Source: Eledone cirrhosa
Taxonomy: Eukaryota
NCBI GenBank assembly: GCA_964016885.1
Contig: OZ024743.1
Coordinates: 141,360,001-141,424,000, forward strand
Direction of reading: 5' to 3'
DNA: 64,000 bases
In this document: positions 1-11,700 of the stretch, piece by piece
Layout: every line of letters begins with the position of its first letter
How positions within the stretch are numbered: the stretch's first letter is position 1
The notes under the pieces: model-generated
What the model saw: the letters and a program-made list of their open reading frames with translations, nothing else
The model's database searches: none
Told to the model about the DNA's origin: nothing
Made by a program: the position numbers and the translations under genes

Positions 1-649
1 GTGCTTGGTGCTGGGTGTTTGGTGCTTGGTGCTTGGTGTTTGGTGCTTGGTGCTTGTTGCTTGGTGTTTGGTCCTTGGTGCTTGGTGCTTGGGTTTTGGT
101 GTTTGGTGCTTGCTGTTTGGTGCTTGCTCTTTGGTGCTTGGTGCTTGGTGATTCGTGTTTGGTGATTGGTGCTTGGGATTTGGTGTTTGGTGCTTGGTGT
201 TTGGTGCTTGGTGCTTGCTGTTTGGTGTTTGGTGTTTGGTTTTGGTGCTTGGTGTTTGATGTTTGGTGTTTGGTGCTTGGTGCTTGGTGTTTGGTGCTTG
301 GTGCCTGGTGCTTGTTGTTTGGTGTTTGGTGCTTAGTGCTTGGTGTTTGGTGTTTGGTGCTTGGTGGCTGGTGCTTGGTGCTTGGTGTTTCGTGCTTGGG
401 GCTTGGTGCTTGGTGTTTGGTGTTTGGTGCTTGGTGTTTGGTGTTTGGTACTTGGTGCTTGGTGCTTGGTGCTTGGTGTTTGGTGCTTGGTGTTTGATGC
501 TGCATGCTTGATGTTTGGTGATGTTTGGTGTTTGGTGCTTGGTACTTGGTGCTTGGTGTTTGGTGTTTGGTGCTTGGTGCTTGGTGTTTGGTGCTTGGTG
601 TTTGGTGTTTGGTGTTTGATGCTTGGTGTTTGCTGCTTGGTGCTTGGTG

Positions 650-3600
650 CTTGGTGTTTTGTGTTTGGTGCTTGGTACTTGGTGATTAGTGTTTGGTGCT
701 TGGTGCTTGCGGTTTGGTGTTTGGTGCTTGGGGTTTGGTGTTTGGTGCTTGGTGCTTGCTGCTTGGTGCTTGGTGTTTGGTGCTTGGTGCTTGGTGTTTG
801 GTGTTTGGTGCTTGGGGTTTGGTGTTTGGTGCTTGGTGCTTGGAGTTTGGTGCTTGGTGCTTGGTGTTTGGAGTTTGGTGCTTGGTGCTTGGTGCCTGGT
901 GCTTGGTGTTTGGTGTTTGGTGCTTAGTGGTTGGTGTTTGGTGTTTGGTGCTTGGTGCTTGGTGGCTGGTGTTTGGTGCTTGGTGTTTGGAGTTTGGTGT
1001 TTGGTGCTTGGTGCCTGGTGTTTCGTGCTTGGTGCTTGGTGCTTGGTGTCTGGTGTTTGGTGCTTGGTGTTTGGTGTTTGGTACTTGGTGCTTGGTGCTT
1101 GGTGCTTGGTGTTTGGTGCATGGTGTTTGATGCTGCGTGCTTGGTGTTTGGTGTTTGGTGCTTGGTGCTTGGTGTTTGGTATTTGGAGCTTGGTGCCTGG
1201 TGCTTGTTGTTTGGTGTTTTGTGCTTGGTGCTTGGTGTTTGGTGTTTGGCGTTTGGTGCTTGGTGCTTGGTATCTGGTTTTTGGTGCTTGATGTTTGGTG
1301 TTTGGTGCTTGGTGCTTGGTGCTTGGTGTTTGGTGTTTGGTGCTTGGTGCTTGGTGTTTGGTGCTTGGTGTTTGGTGTTTCGTGTTTGATGCTTGGTGTT
1401 TGATGCTTGGTGCTTGGTACTTGGTGTTTTGTGTTTGGTGCTTGGTGCTTGGTGCCTGCTGCTTGGTGCTTGGTGCTTGTTGTTTGGTGCTTGGTGCTTG
1501 GTGATTAGTGTTTGGTGCTTGGTGCTTGGTGCTTGGTGTTTGGTGCTTGGTGCTTGGTGTTTGGTGCTTGGTGCTTGGTGTTTGGTGTTTGGCGTTTGCT
1601 GTTTGCTGTTTGGTGTTTGGTGTTTGCTGTTTGGTGTTTGCTGTTTGGTGTTTGGTGTTTGGTGCTTGCTGTTTGGTGCTTGGTGCTTGGTGTTTGGTGT
1701 TTGGTGTTTGGTGCTTGGTGCTTGGTGTTTGGTGCTTGGTGCTTGGTGCTGGGTGTTTGGTGCTTGGTGCTTGGTGTTTGGTGCTTGGTGCTTGGTGCCT
1801 GGTGTTTGGTACTTGGTGCTTGGTGCTTGGTGCTTGGTGCTTGCTGTTTGGTGTTTGGTGTTTGGTTCTTGGTGCTTGGTGTTTGGTGTTTGGTGTTTGG
1901 TGCTTGGTGCTTGGTGCTTGGTGTTTGGTGCTTGGTGCTTGGTGATTAGTGTTTGGTGATTGGTGCTTGGGGTTTGGTGTTTGGTGCTTGGTGTTTGGTG
2001 CTTGGTGCTTGCTGTTTGGTGTTTGGTGTTTGGTTCTTGGTGCTTGGTGTTTGGTGTTTGGTGTTTGGTGCTTGGTGCTTGGTGCTTGGTGTTTGGTGCT
2101 TGGTGCTTGGTGCTTGGTGTTTGGTGCTGCGTGCTTGGTGTTTGGTGTTTGGTGCTTGGTGCCTGGGGCTTGTTGTTTGGTGTTTGGTGCTTAGTGCTTG
2201 GTGTTTGGTGTTTGGTGCTTGGTGCTTGGTGGCTGGTGCTTGGTGCTTGGTGTTTGGAGTTTGGTGCTTGGTGCTTGGTGCCTGGTGTTTCGTGCTTGGT
2301 GCTTGGTGCTTGGTGTTTGGTGTTTGGTGTTTGGTGTTTGGTGTTTGGTACTTGGTGCTTGGTGCTTGGTGTTTGGTGCTTGGTGTTTGGTGATTGGTGC
2401 TTGGTGCTTGGTGCTTTGTGTTAGGTGTTTGGTCCTTGGTGCTTGTTGTTTGGTGTTTTGTGCTTGGTGCTTGGCGTTTGGTGTTTGGCGCTAGGGGCTT
2501 GGTGCTTGATGCTTGGTGTTTGGTGCTTGGTGCTTGCTGTTTGGTGTTTGGTGCTTGGTGCGTGGGACTTAGTGTTTGGTGTTTGGTGTTTGGTGTTTGG
2601 TGCTTGGTGTTTGGTGCTTGGTGCTTGGTGTTTGGTGTTTGGTGCTTAGTGCTTGGGGCTTGGTGTTTGGTGCTTGGTGTTTGGTGTTTGGTGCTTGGTG
2701 CTTGGTGTTTGGCGCTTGGTGCTTGGTGCTTGGTGTTTGGTGCTTGGTGCTTGGTGCTTGGTGCTTGGTGATTAGTGTTTGGTGCTTGGTGCTTGGTGCC
2801 TGGTGCTTGGTGCTTGGTGCTTGTTGTTTGGTGCTTGGTGTTTGGTGCTTGGTGTTTGGTGCTTGGTGCTTGGTGTTTGGTGTTTGGTGCTTGGTGCTTG
2901 GGGCTTGGTCTTTGGTGCTTAGTGTTTGGTGCTTGGTGTTTGGTGCTTGGTGCTTGGTGCTTGGTGTTTGGTGTTTGGTGTTTGGTGCTTGGTGTTTGGT
3001 GCTTGGTGCTTGGTGCTGGGTGGTTGGTGTTTGGTGTTTGGTGCTTGGTGCTTCGTGCTTATTGTTTGGTGCTTGGTGCTTGGTGCTTGGTGCTTGGTCT
3101 TTGGTGCTTGGTGTTTGGTGTTTGGTACTTGGTGCCTGGTGTTTGGCGCTTGGTGCTTGGTGCTTGGTGTTTGGTGCTTGGTGTTTGGTGCTTGGTGATT
3201 AGTGTTTGGTGCTTTGTGCTTGGTGCCTGGTGCTTGGTGCTTGGTGCTTGATGTTTGGTGCTTGGTGCTTGGTGATTATTGTTTGGTGCTTGGTGCTTTG
3301 GGTTTGGTGTTTGGTGCTTGGGGTTTGGTGTTTGGTGCTTGGTGCTTGGTGTTTGGTGCTCGGTGCTTGGTGTTTGGTGCTTGGTGCTTTGTGTTTGGTG
3401 CTTGGTGTTTGGTGCTTGGTGCTTGGTGCTTGGTTCTTGGTGTTAGGTGTTTGGTGCTTGGTGATTGGTGTTTGATGTTAGGTTCTTGGTGCTTGGTGTT
3501 TGGTGCTTGCTGCTTGGTGCTTGGTGTTTTGTGTTTGGAGTTTGGTGCTTGGTGTTTGGTGCTTCGGTCTTGGTGTTTGGTGTTTGGTGCTTGGTGCCTG

Positions 3601-6600
3601 GGGCTTGTTGTTTGGTGTTTGGTGCTTAGTGCTTGGTGTTTGGTGTTTGGTGCTTGGTGCTTGGTGGCTGGTGCTTGGTGCTTGGTGTTTGCAGTTTGTG
3701 CTTGGTGCTTGGTGCCTGGTGTTTCGTGCTTGGTGCTTGGTGCTTGGTGTTTGGTGTTTGGTGCTTGGTGTTTGGTGTTTGGTACTTGGTGCTTGGTGCT
3801 TGGTGTTTGGTGCTTGGTGTTTGGTGCTTGGTGCTTGGTGCTTGGTGCTTGGTGTCAGGTGTTTGGTGCTTGGTGCTTGGTGTTTGATGTTTGGTCCTTG
3901 GTGCTTGTTGTTTGGTGTTTGGTGCTTCGTGCTTGGTGTTTGGTGTTTGGTGCTTGCTGCTTGCTGCTTGGTGTTTGGTGCTTGGTGATTGGTGCTTGGT
4001 GTTTTGTTCTTGGTGCTGGTGTTTGGTGTTTGCTGCTAGGGGCTTGGTGCTTGATGCTTGGTGTTTGGTGCTTGGTGCTTGGTGTTTGGTGTTTGGTGTT
4101 TGGTGCTTGGTGTTTGGTGCTTGGTGTTTGGTGCTTGGTGCTTGGTGTTTGGTGTTTGGTGCTTGGTGCTTGGGGCTTGGTCTTTGGTGCTTAGTGTTTG
4201 GTGCTTGGTGTTTGGTGCTTGGTGCTTGGTGCTTGGTGTTTGGTGTTTGGTGTTTGGTGCTTGGTGTTTGGTGCTTGTTGCTTGGTGCTGGGTGGTTGGT
4301 GTTTCGTGTTTGGTGCTTGGTGCTTGGTGCTTATTGTTTGGTGCTTGGTGCTTGGTGCTTGGTCTTTGGTGCTTGGTGTTTGGTGTTTGGTGCTTGGTGC
4401 CTTGTGTTTGGCGCTTGGTGCTTGGTGCTTGGTGTTTGCTGCTTGGTGTTTGGTGCTTGGTGATTAGTGTTTGGTGCTTGGTGCTTGGTGCCTGGTGCTT
4501 GGTGCTTGGTGCTTGATGTTTGGTGCTTGGTGATTAGTGTTTGGTGCTTGGTGCTTTGGGTTTGGTGTTTGGTGCTTGGGGTTTGGTGTTTGGTGCTTGG
4601 TGCTTGGTGTTTGGTGCTTGGTGCTTGGTGTTTGGTGCTTGGTGCTTTGTGTTTGGTGCTTGGTGTTTGGTGCTTGGTGCTTGGTGCTTCGGTCTTGGTG
4701 TTTGGTGTTTGGTGCTTGGTGCTTGGTGTTTGGTGTTTGGTGATTGGTGCTTGGTGTTTGGTGCTTGGTGCTTGGTGCTTGGTGCTTGGTGTTAGGCGTT
4801 TGGTGCTTGGTGCTTGGTGTTTGATGTTTGGTCCACTGTGCTTGGTGTTTGGTATTTTGTACTTGGTGCTTTGTGTTTGGTGTTTGGTGCTTGGTGCTTG
4901 GTGTTTGGTGTTTGGTGCTTGCTGCTTGCTGCTTGGTGTTTGGTGCTAGGGGCTTGGTGCTTGGTGTTTCGTGTTTGGTGCTTGGTGCTTGGTGTTTGGT
5001 GTTTGGTGCTTGGTGCGTGGGACTTGGTCTTTGGTGCTTGGTGTTTGGTGCTTGGTGTTTGGTGCTTGGTGCCGGGTGCTTGGTGTTTGGTGTTTGGTGC
5101 TTGGTGTTTGGTGCTTGTTGTTTGGTGCTTGGTGTTCGGTGCTTGGTGCTTGGTGCTTGGTGCTTGGTGTTTGGTGTTTGGTGCTTGGTGATTGGTGTTT
5201 GATGTTTGGTCCTTGGTGCTTGGTGTTTGGTGTTGTGTGTTTGGTGATTGGTGCTTGGTGTTTGGTGCTTGGTTCTTGGTGCTTGGTGTTTGGCGTTTGC
5301 TGTTTGCTGTTTGGTGGTTGGTGTTTGCTGTTTGGTGTTTGCTGTTTGGTGTTTGGTGCTTGGTGCTTGCGGTTTGGTGTTTGGTGCTTGGGGTTTGGTG
5401 TTTGGTGCTTGGTGCTTGCTGCTTGGTGCTTGGTGTTTGGTGCTTGGTGCTTGGTGTTTGGTGTTTGGTGCTTGGGGTTTGGTGTTTGGTGCTTGGTGCA
5501 TGGACTTTGGTGCTTGGTGCTTGGTGTTTGGAGTTTGGTGCTTGGTGCTTGGTGCCTGGTGCTTGTTGTTTGGTGTTTGGTGCTTAGTGGTTGGTGTTTG
5601 GTGTTTGGTGCTTGGTGCTTGGTGGCTGGTGTTTGGTGCTTGGTGTTTGGAGTTTGGTGTTTGGTGCTTGGTGCCTGGTGTTTCGTGTTTGGTGCCTGGT
5701 GCTTGTTGTTTGGTGTTTTGTGCTTGGTGCTTGGTGTTTGGTGTTTGGCGTTTGGTGCTTGGTGCTTGGTATCTGGTTTTTGGTGCTTGATGTTTGGTGT
5801 TTGGTGCTTGGTGCTTGGTGCTTGGTGTTTGGTGTTTGGTGCTTGGTGCTTGGTGTTTGGTGCTTGGTGTTTGGTGTTTCGTGTTTGATGCTTGGTGTTT
5901 GCTGCTTGGTGCTTGGTGCTTGGTGTTTTGTGTTTGGTGCTTGGTGCTTGGTGCCTGCTGCTTGGTGCTTGGTGCTTGTTGTTTGGTGCTTGGTGCTTGG
6001 TGATTAGTGTTTGGTGCTTGGTGCTTGGTGCTTGGTGTTTGGTGCTTGGTGCTTGGTGTTTGGTGCTTGGTGCTTGGTGTTTGGTGTTTGGCGTTTGCTG
6101 TTTGCTGTTTGGTGTTTGGTGTTTGCTGTTTGGTGTTTGCTGTTTGGTGTCTGGTGTTTGGTGCTTGCTGTTTGGTGCTTGGTGCTTGGTGTTTGGTGTT
6201 TGGTGTTTGGTGCTTGGTGCTTGGTGTTTGGTGCTTGGTGCTTGGTGCTGGGTGTTTGGTGCTTGGTGCTTGGTGTTTGGTGCTTGGTGCTTGGTGCCTG
6301 GTGTTTGGTCCTTGGTGCTTGGTGCTTGGTGCTTGGTGCTTGCTGTTTGGTGTTTGGTTCTTGGTGCTTGGTGTTTGGTGTTTGGTGTTTGGTGCTTGGT
6401 GCTTGGTGCTTGGTGTTTGGTGCTTGGTGCTTGGTGATTAGTGTTTGGTGATTGGTGCTTGGGGTTTGGTGTTTGGTGCTTGGTGTTTGGTGCTTGGTGC
6501 TTGCTGTTTGGTGTTTGGTGTTTGGTTCTTGGTGCTTGGTGTTTGGTGTTTGGTGTTTGGTGCTTGGTGCTTGGTGCTTGGTGTTTGGTGCTTGGTGCTT

Positions 6601-9600
6601 GGTGCTTGGTGTTTGGTGCTGCGTGCTTGGTGTTTGGTGTTTGGTGCTTGGTGCCTGGGGCTTGTTGTTTGGTGTTTGGTGCTTAGTGCTTGGTGTTTGG
6701 TGTTTGGTGCTTGGTGCTTGGTGGCTGGTGCTTGGTGCTTGGTGTTTGGAGTTTGGTGCTTGGTGCTTGGTGCCTGGTGTTTCGTGCTTGGTGCTTGGTG
6801 CTTGGTGTTTGGTGTTTGGTGTTTGGTGTTTGGTGTTTGGTACTTGGTGCTTGGTGCTTGGTGTTTGGTGCTTGGTGTTTGGTGATTGGTGCTTGGTGCT
6901 TGGTGCTTGGTGCTTGGTGTTAGGTGTTTGGTCCTTGGTCCTTGGTGCTTGTTGTTTGGTGTTTTGTGCTTGGTGCTTGGCGTTTGGTGTTTGGCGCTAG
7001 GGGCTTGGTGCTTGATGCTTGGTGTTTGGTGCTTGGTGCTTGCTGTTTGGTGTTTGGTGCTTGGTGCGTGGGACTTAGTGTTTGGTGTTTGGTGTTTGGT
7101 GTTTGGTGCTTGGTGTTTGGTGCTTGGTGCTTGGTGTTTGGTGTTTGGTGCTTAGTGCTTGGGGCTTGGTGTTTGGTGCTTGGTGTTTGGTGTTTGGTGC
7201 TTGGTGCTTTGTGTTTGGCGCTTGGTGCTTGGTGCTTGGTGTTTGGTGCTTGGTGCTTGGTGCTTGGTGCTTGGTGATTAGTGTTTGGTGCTTGGTGCTT
7301 GGTGCCTGGTGCTTGGTGCTTGGTGCTTGTTGTTTGGTGCTTGGTGTTTGGTGCTTGGTGTTTGGTGCTTGGTGCTTGGTGTTTGGTGTTTGGTGCTTGG
7401 TGCTTGGGGCTTGGTCTTTGGTGCTTAGTGTTTGGTGCTTGGTGTTTGGTGCTTGGTGCTTGGTGCTTGGTGTTTGGTGTTTGGTGTTTGGTGCTTGGTG
7501 TTTGGTGCTTGGTGCTTGGTGCTGGGTGGTTGGTGTTTGGTGTTTGGTGCTTGGTGCTTCGTGCTTATTGTTTGGTGCTTGGTGCTTGGTGCTTGGTGCT
7601 TGGTCTTTGGTGCTTGGTGTTTGGTGTTTGGTACTTGGTGCCTGGTGTTTGGCGCTTGGTGCTTGGTGCTTGGTGTTTGGTGCTTGGTGTTTGGTGCTTG
7701 GTGATTAGTGTTTGGTGCTTGGTGCTTGGTGCCTGGTGCTTGGTGCTTGGTGCTTGATGTTTGGTGCTTGGTGCTTGGTGATTATTGTTTGGTGCTTGGT
7801 GCTTTGAGTTTGGTGTTTGGTGCTTGGGGTTTGGTGTTTGGTGCTTGGTGCTTGGTGTTTGGTGCTTGGTGCTTGGTGTTTGGTGCTTGGTGCTTTGTGT
7901 TTGGTGCTTGGTGTTTGGTGCTTGGTGCTTGGTGCTTGGTTCTTGGTGTTAGGTGTTTGGTGCTTGGTGATTGGTGTTTGATGTTAGGTTCTTGGTGCTT
8001 GGTGTTTGGTGCTTGCTGCTTGGTGCTTGGTGTTTTGTGTTTGGAGTTTGGTGCTTGGTGTTTGGTGCTTCGGTCTTGGTGTTTGGTGTTTGGTGCTTGG
8101 TGCCTGGGGCTTGTTGTTTGGTGTTTGGTGCTTAGTGCTTGGTGTTTGGTGTTTGGTGCTTGGTGCTTGGTGGCTGGTGCTTGGTGCTTGGTGTTTGCAG
8201 TTTGTGCTTGGTGCTTGGTGCCTGGTGTTTCGTGCTTGGTGCTTGGTGCTTGGTGTTTGGTGTTTGGTGCTTGGTGTTTGGTGTTTGGTACTTGGTGCTT
8301 GGTGCTTGGTGTTTGGTGCTTGGTGTTTGGTGCTTGGTGCTTGGTGCTTGGTGCTTGGTGTCAGGTGTTTGGTGCTTGGTGCTTGGTGTTTGATGTTTGG
8401 TCCTTGGTGCTTGTTGTTTGGTGTTTGGTGCTTCGTGCTTGGTGTTTGGTGTTTGGTGCTTGCTGCTTGCTGCTTGGTGTTTGGTGCTTGGTGATTGGTG
8501 CTTGGTGTTTTGTGCTTGGTGCTTGGTGTTTGGTGTTTGCTGCTAGGGGCTTGGTGCTTGATGCTTGGTGTTTGGTGCTTGGTGCTTGCTGTTTGGTGTT
8601 TGGTGCTTGGTGCGTGGGACTTAGTGTTTGGTGTTTGGTGCTTGGTGTTTGGTGCTTGGTGTTTGGTGCTTGGTGCTTGGTGTTTGGTGTTTGGTGCTTG
8701 GTGCTTGGGGCTTGGTCTTTGGTGCTTAGTGTTTGGTGCTTGGTGTTTGGTGCTTGGTGCTTGGTGCTTGGTGTTTGGTGTTTGGTGTTTGGTGCTTGGT
8801 GTTTGGCGCTTGTTGCTTGGTGCTGGGTGGTTGGTGTTTGGTGTTTGGTGCTTGGTGCTTGGTGCTTATTGTTTGGTGCTTGGTGCTTGGTGCTTGGTGC
8901 TTGGTCTTTGGTGCTTGGTGTTTGGTGTTTGGTGCTTGGTGCCTGGTGTTTGGCGCTTGGTGCTTGGTGCTTGGTGTTTGCTGCTTGGTGTTTGGTGCTT
9001 GGTGATTAGTGTTTGGTGCTTGGTGCTTGGTGCCTGGTGCTTGGTGCTTGGTGCTTGATGTTTGGTGCTTGGTGATTAGTGTTTGGTGCTTGGTGCTTTG
9101 GGTTTGGTGTTTGGTGCTTGGGGTTTGGTGTTTGGTGCTTGGTGCTTGGTGTTTGGTGCTTGGTGCTTGGTGTTTGGTGCTTGGTGCTTTGTGTTTGGTG
9201 CTTGGTGTTTGGTGCTTGGTGCTTGGTGCTTCGGTCTTGGTGTTTGGTGTTTGGTGCTTGGTGCTTGGTGTTTGGTGTTTGGTGCCTGGTGCTTGGTGTT
9301 CGGTGCTTGGTGTTTGGTGTTTGGTGATTGGTGCTTGGTGTTTGGTGCTTGGTGCTTGGTGCTTGGTGCTTGGTGTTAGGCGTTTGGTGCTTGGTGCTTG
9401 GTGTTTGATGTTTGGTCCATTGTGCTTGGTGTTTGGTATTTTGTGCTTGGTGCTTGGTGTTTGGTGTTTGGTGCTTGGTGCTTGGTGTTTGGTGTTTGGT
9501 GCTTGCTGCTTGCTGCTTGGTGTTTGGTGCTAGGGGCTTGGTGCTTGGTGTTTCTTGTTTGGTGCTTGGTGCTTGGTGTTTGGTGTTTGGTGCTTGGTGC

Positions 9601-11700
9601 GTGGGACTTGGTCTTTGGTGCTTGGTGCTTGGTGCTTGGTGTTTGGTGCTTGGTGCCGGGTGCTTGGTGTTTGGTGTTTGGTGCTTGGTGTTTGGTGCTT
9701 GTTGTTTGGTGCTTGGTGTTCGGTGCTTGGTGCTTGGTGCTTGGTGCTTGGTGTTTGGTGTTTGGTGCTTGGTGATTGGTGTTTGATGTTTGGTCCTTGG
9801 TGCTTGGTGTTTGGTGTTGTGTGTTTGGTGATTGGTGCTTGGTGTTTGGTGCTTGGTTCTTGGTGCTTGGTGTTTGGCGTTTGCTGTTTGCTGTTTGGTG
9901 GTTGGTGTTTGCTGTTTGGTGTTTGCTGTTTGGTGTTTGGTGCTTGGTGCTTGCGGTTTGGTGTTTGGTGCTTGGGGTTTGGTGTTTGGTGCTTGGTGCT
10001 TGCTGCTTGGTGCTTGGTGTTTGGTGCTTGGTGCTTGGTGTTTGGTGTTTGGTGCTTGGGGTTTGGTGTTTGGTGCTTGGTGCATGGAGTTTGGTGCTTG
10101 GTGCTTGGTGTTTGGAGTTTGGTGCTTGGTGCTTGGTGCCTGGTGCTTGTTGTTTGGTGTTTGGTGCTTAGTGGTTGGTGTTTGGTGTTTGGTGCTTGGT
10201 GCTTGGTGGCTGGTGTTTGGTGCTTGGTGTTTGGAGTTTGGTGTTTGGTGCTTGGTGCCTGGTGTTTCGTGCTTGGTGCTTGGTGCTTGGTGTCTGGTGT
10301 TTGGTGCTTGGTGTTTGGTGTTTGGTACTTGGTGCTTGGTGCTTGGTGCTTGGTGTTTGGTGCTTGGTGTTTGATGCTGCGTGCTTGGTGTTTGGTGTTT
10401 GGTGCTTGGTGCTTGGTGTTTGGTATTTGGAGCTTGGTGCCTGGTGCTTGTTGTTTGGTGTTTTGTGCTTGGTGCTTGGTGTTTGGTGTTTGGCGTTTGG
10501 TGCTTGGTGCTTGGTATCTGGTTTTTGGTGCTTGATGTTTGGTGTTTGGTGCTTGGTGCTTGGTGCTTGGTGTTTGGTGTTTGGTGCTTGGTGCTTGGTG
10601 TTTGGTGCTTGGTGTTTGGTGTTTCGTGTTTGATGCTTGGTGTTTGCTGCTTGGTGCTTGGTGCTTGGTGTTTTGTGTTTGGTGCTTGGTGCTTGGTGCC
10701 TGCTGCTTGGTGCTTGGTGCTTGTTGTTTGGTGCTTGGTGCTTGGTGATTAGTGTTTGGTGCTTGGTGCTTGGTGGTTGGTGTTTGGTGCTTGGTGCTTG
10801 GTGTTTGGTGCTTGGTGTTTGGCGTTTGCTGTTTGCTGTTTGGTGTTTGGTGTTTGCTGTTTGGTGTTTGCTGTTTGGTGTTTGGTGTTTGGTGTTTGGT
10901 GTTTGGTGCTTGCTGTTTGGTGCTTGGTGCTTGGTGTTTGGTGTTTGGTGTTTGGTGCTTGGTGCTTGGTGTTTGGTGCTTGGTGCTTGGTGCTGGGTGT
11001 TTGGTGCTTGGTGCTTGGTGTTTGGTGCTTGGTGCTTGGTGCCTGGTGTTTGGTCCTTGGTGCTTGGTGCTTGGTGCTTGGTGCTTGCTGTTTGGTGTTT
11101 GGTGTTTGGTTCTTGGTGCTTGGTGTTTGGTGTTTGGTGTTTGGTGCTTGGTGCTTGGTGCTTGGTGTTTGGTGCTTGGTGCTTGGTGATTAGTGTTTGG
11201 TGATTGGTGCTTGGGGTTTGGTGTTTGGTGCTTGGTGTTTGGTGCTTGGTGCTTGCTGTTTGGTGTTTGGTGTTTGGTTCTTGGTGCTTGGTGTTTGGTG
11301 TTTGGTGTTTGGTGCTTGGTGCTTGGTGCTTGGTGTTTGCTGCTTGGTGCTTGGTGCTTGGTGTTTGGTGCTGCGTGCTTGGTGTTTGGTGTTTGGTGCT
11401 TGGTGCCTGGGGCTTGTTGTTTGGTGTTTGGTGCTTAGTGCTTGGTGTTTGGTGTTTGGTGCTTGGTGCTTGGTGGCTGGTGCTTGGTGCTTGGTGTTTG
11501 GAGTTTGGTGCTTGGTGCTTGGTGCCTGGTGTTTCGTGCTTGGTGCTTGGTGCTTGGTGTTTGGTGTTTGGTGTTTGGTGTTTGGTGTTTGGTACTTGGT
11601 GCTTGGTGCTTGGTGTTTGGTGCTTGGTGTTTGGTGATTGGTGCTTGGTGCTTGGTGCTTGGTGCTTGGTGTTAGGTGTTTGGTCCTTGGTCCTTGGTGC
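650..11700 (+). repeat. Higher-order repeat, left family, unit ~4.5-4.75 kb (about 2.4 copies)
   Basis: Landmark pairs: 1508/6007 (4499), 1949/6441 (4492), 2775/7281 and 3202/7708 (4506), 4467/9009 (4542), GCCGGG 5071/9655 (4584), 6007/10752 (4745). The order of rare variants is the same, and copies differ mainly by whole-heptamer indels. Confidence 0.85.
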
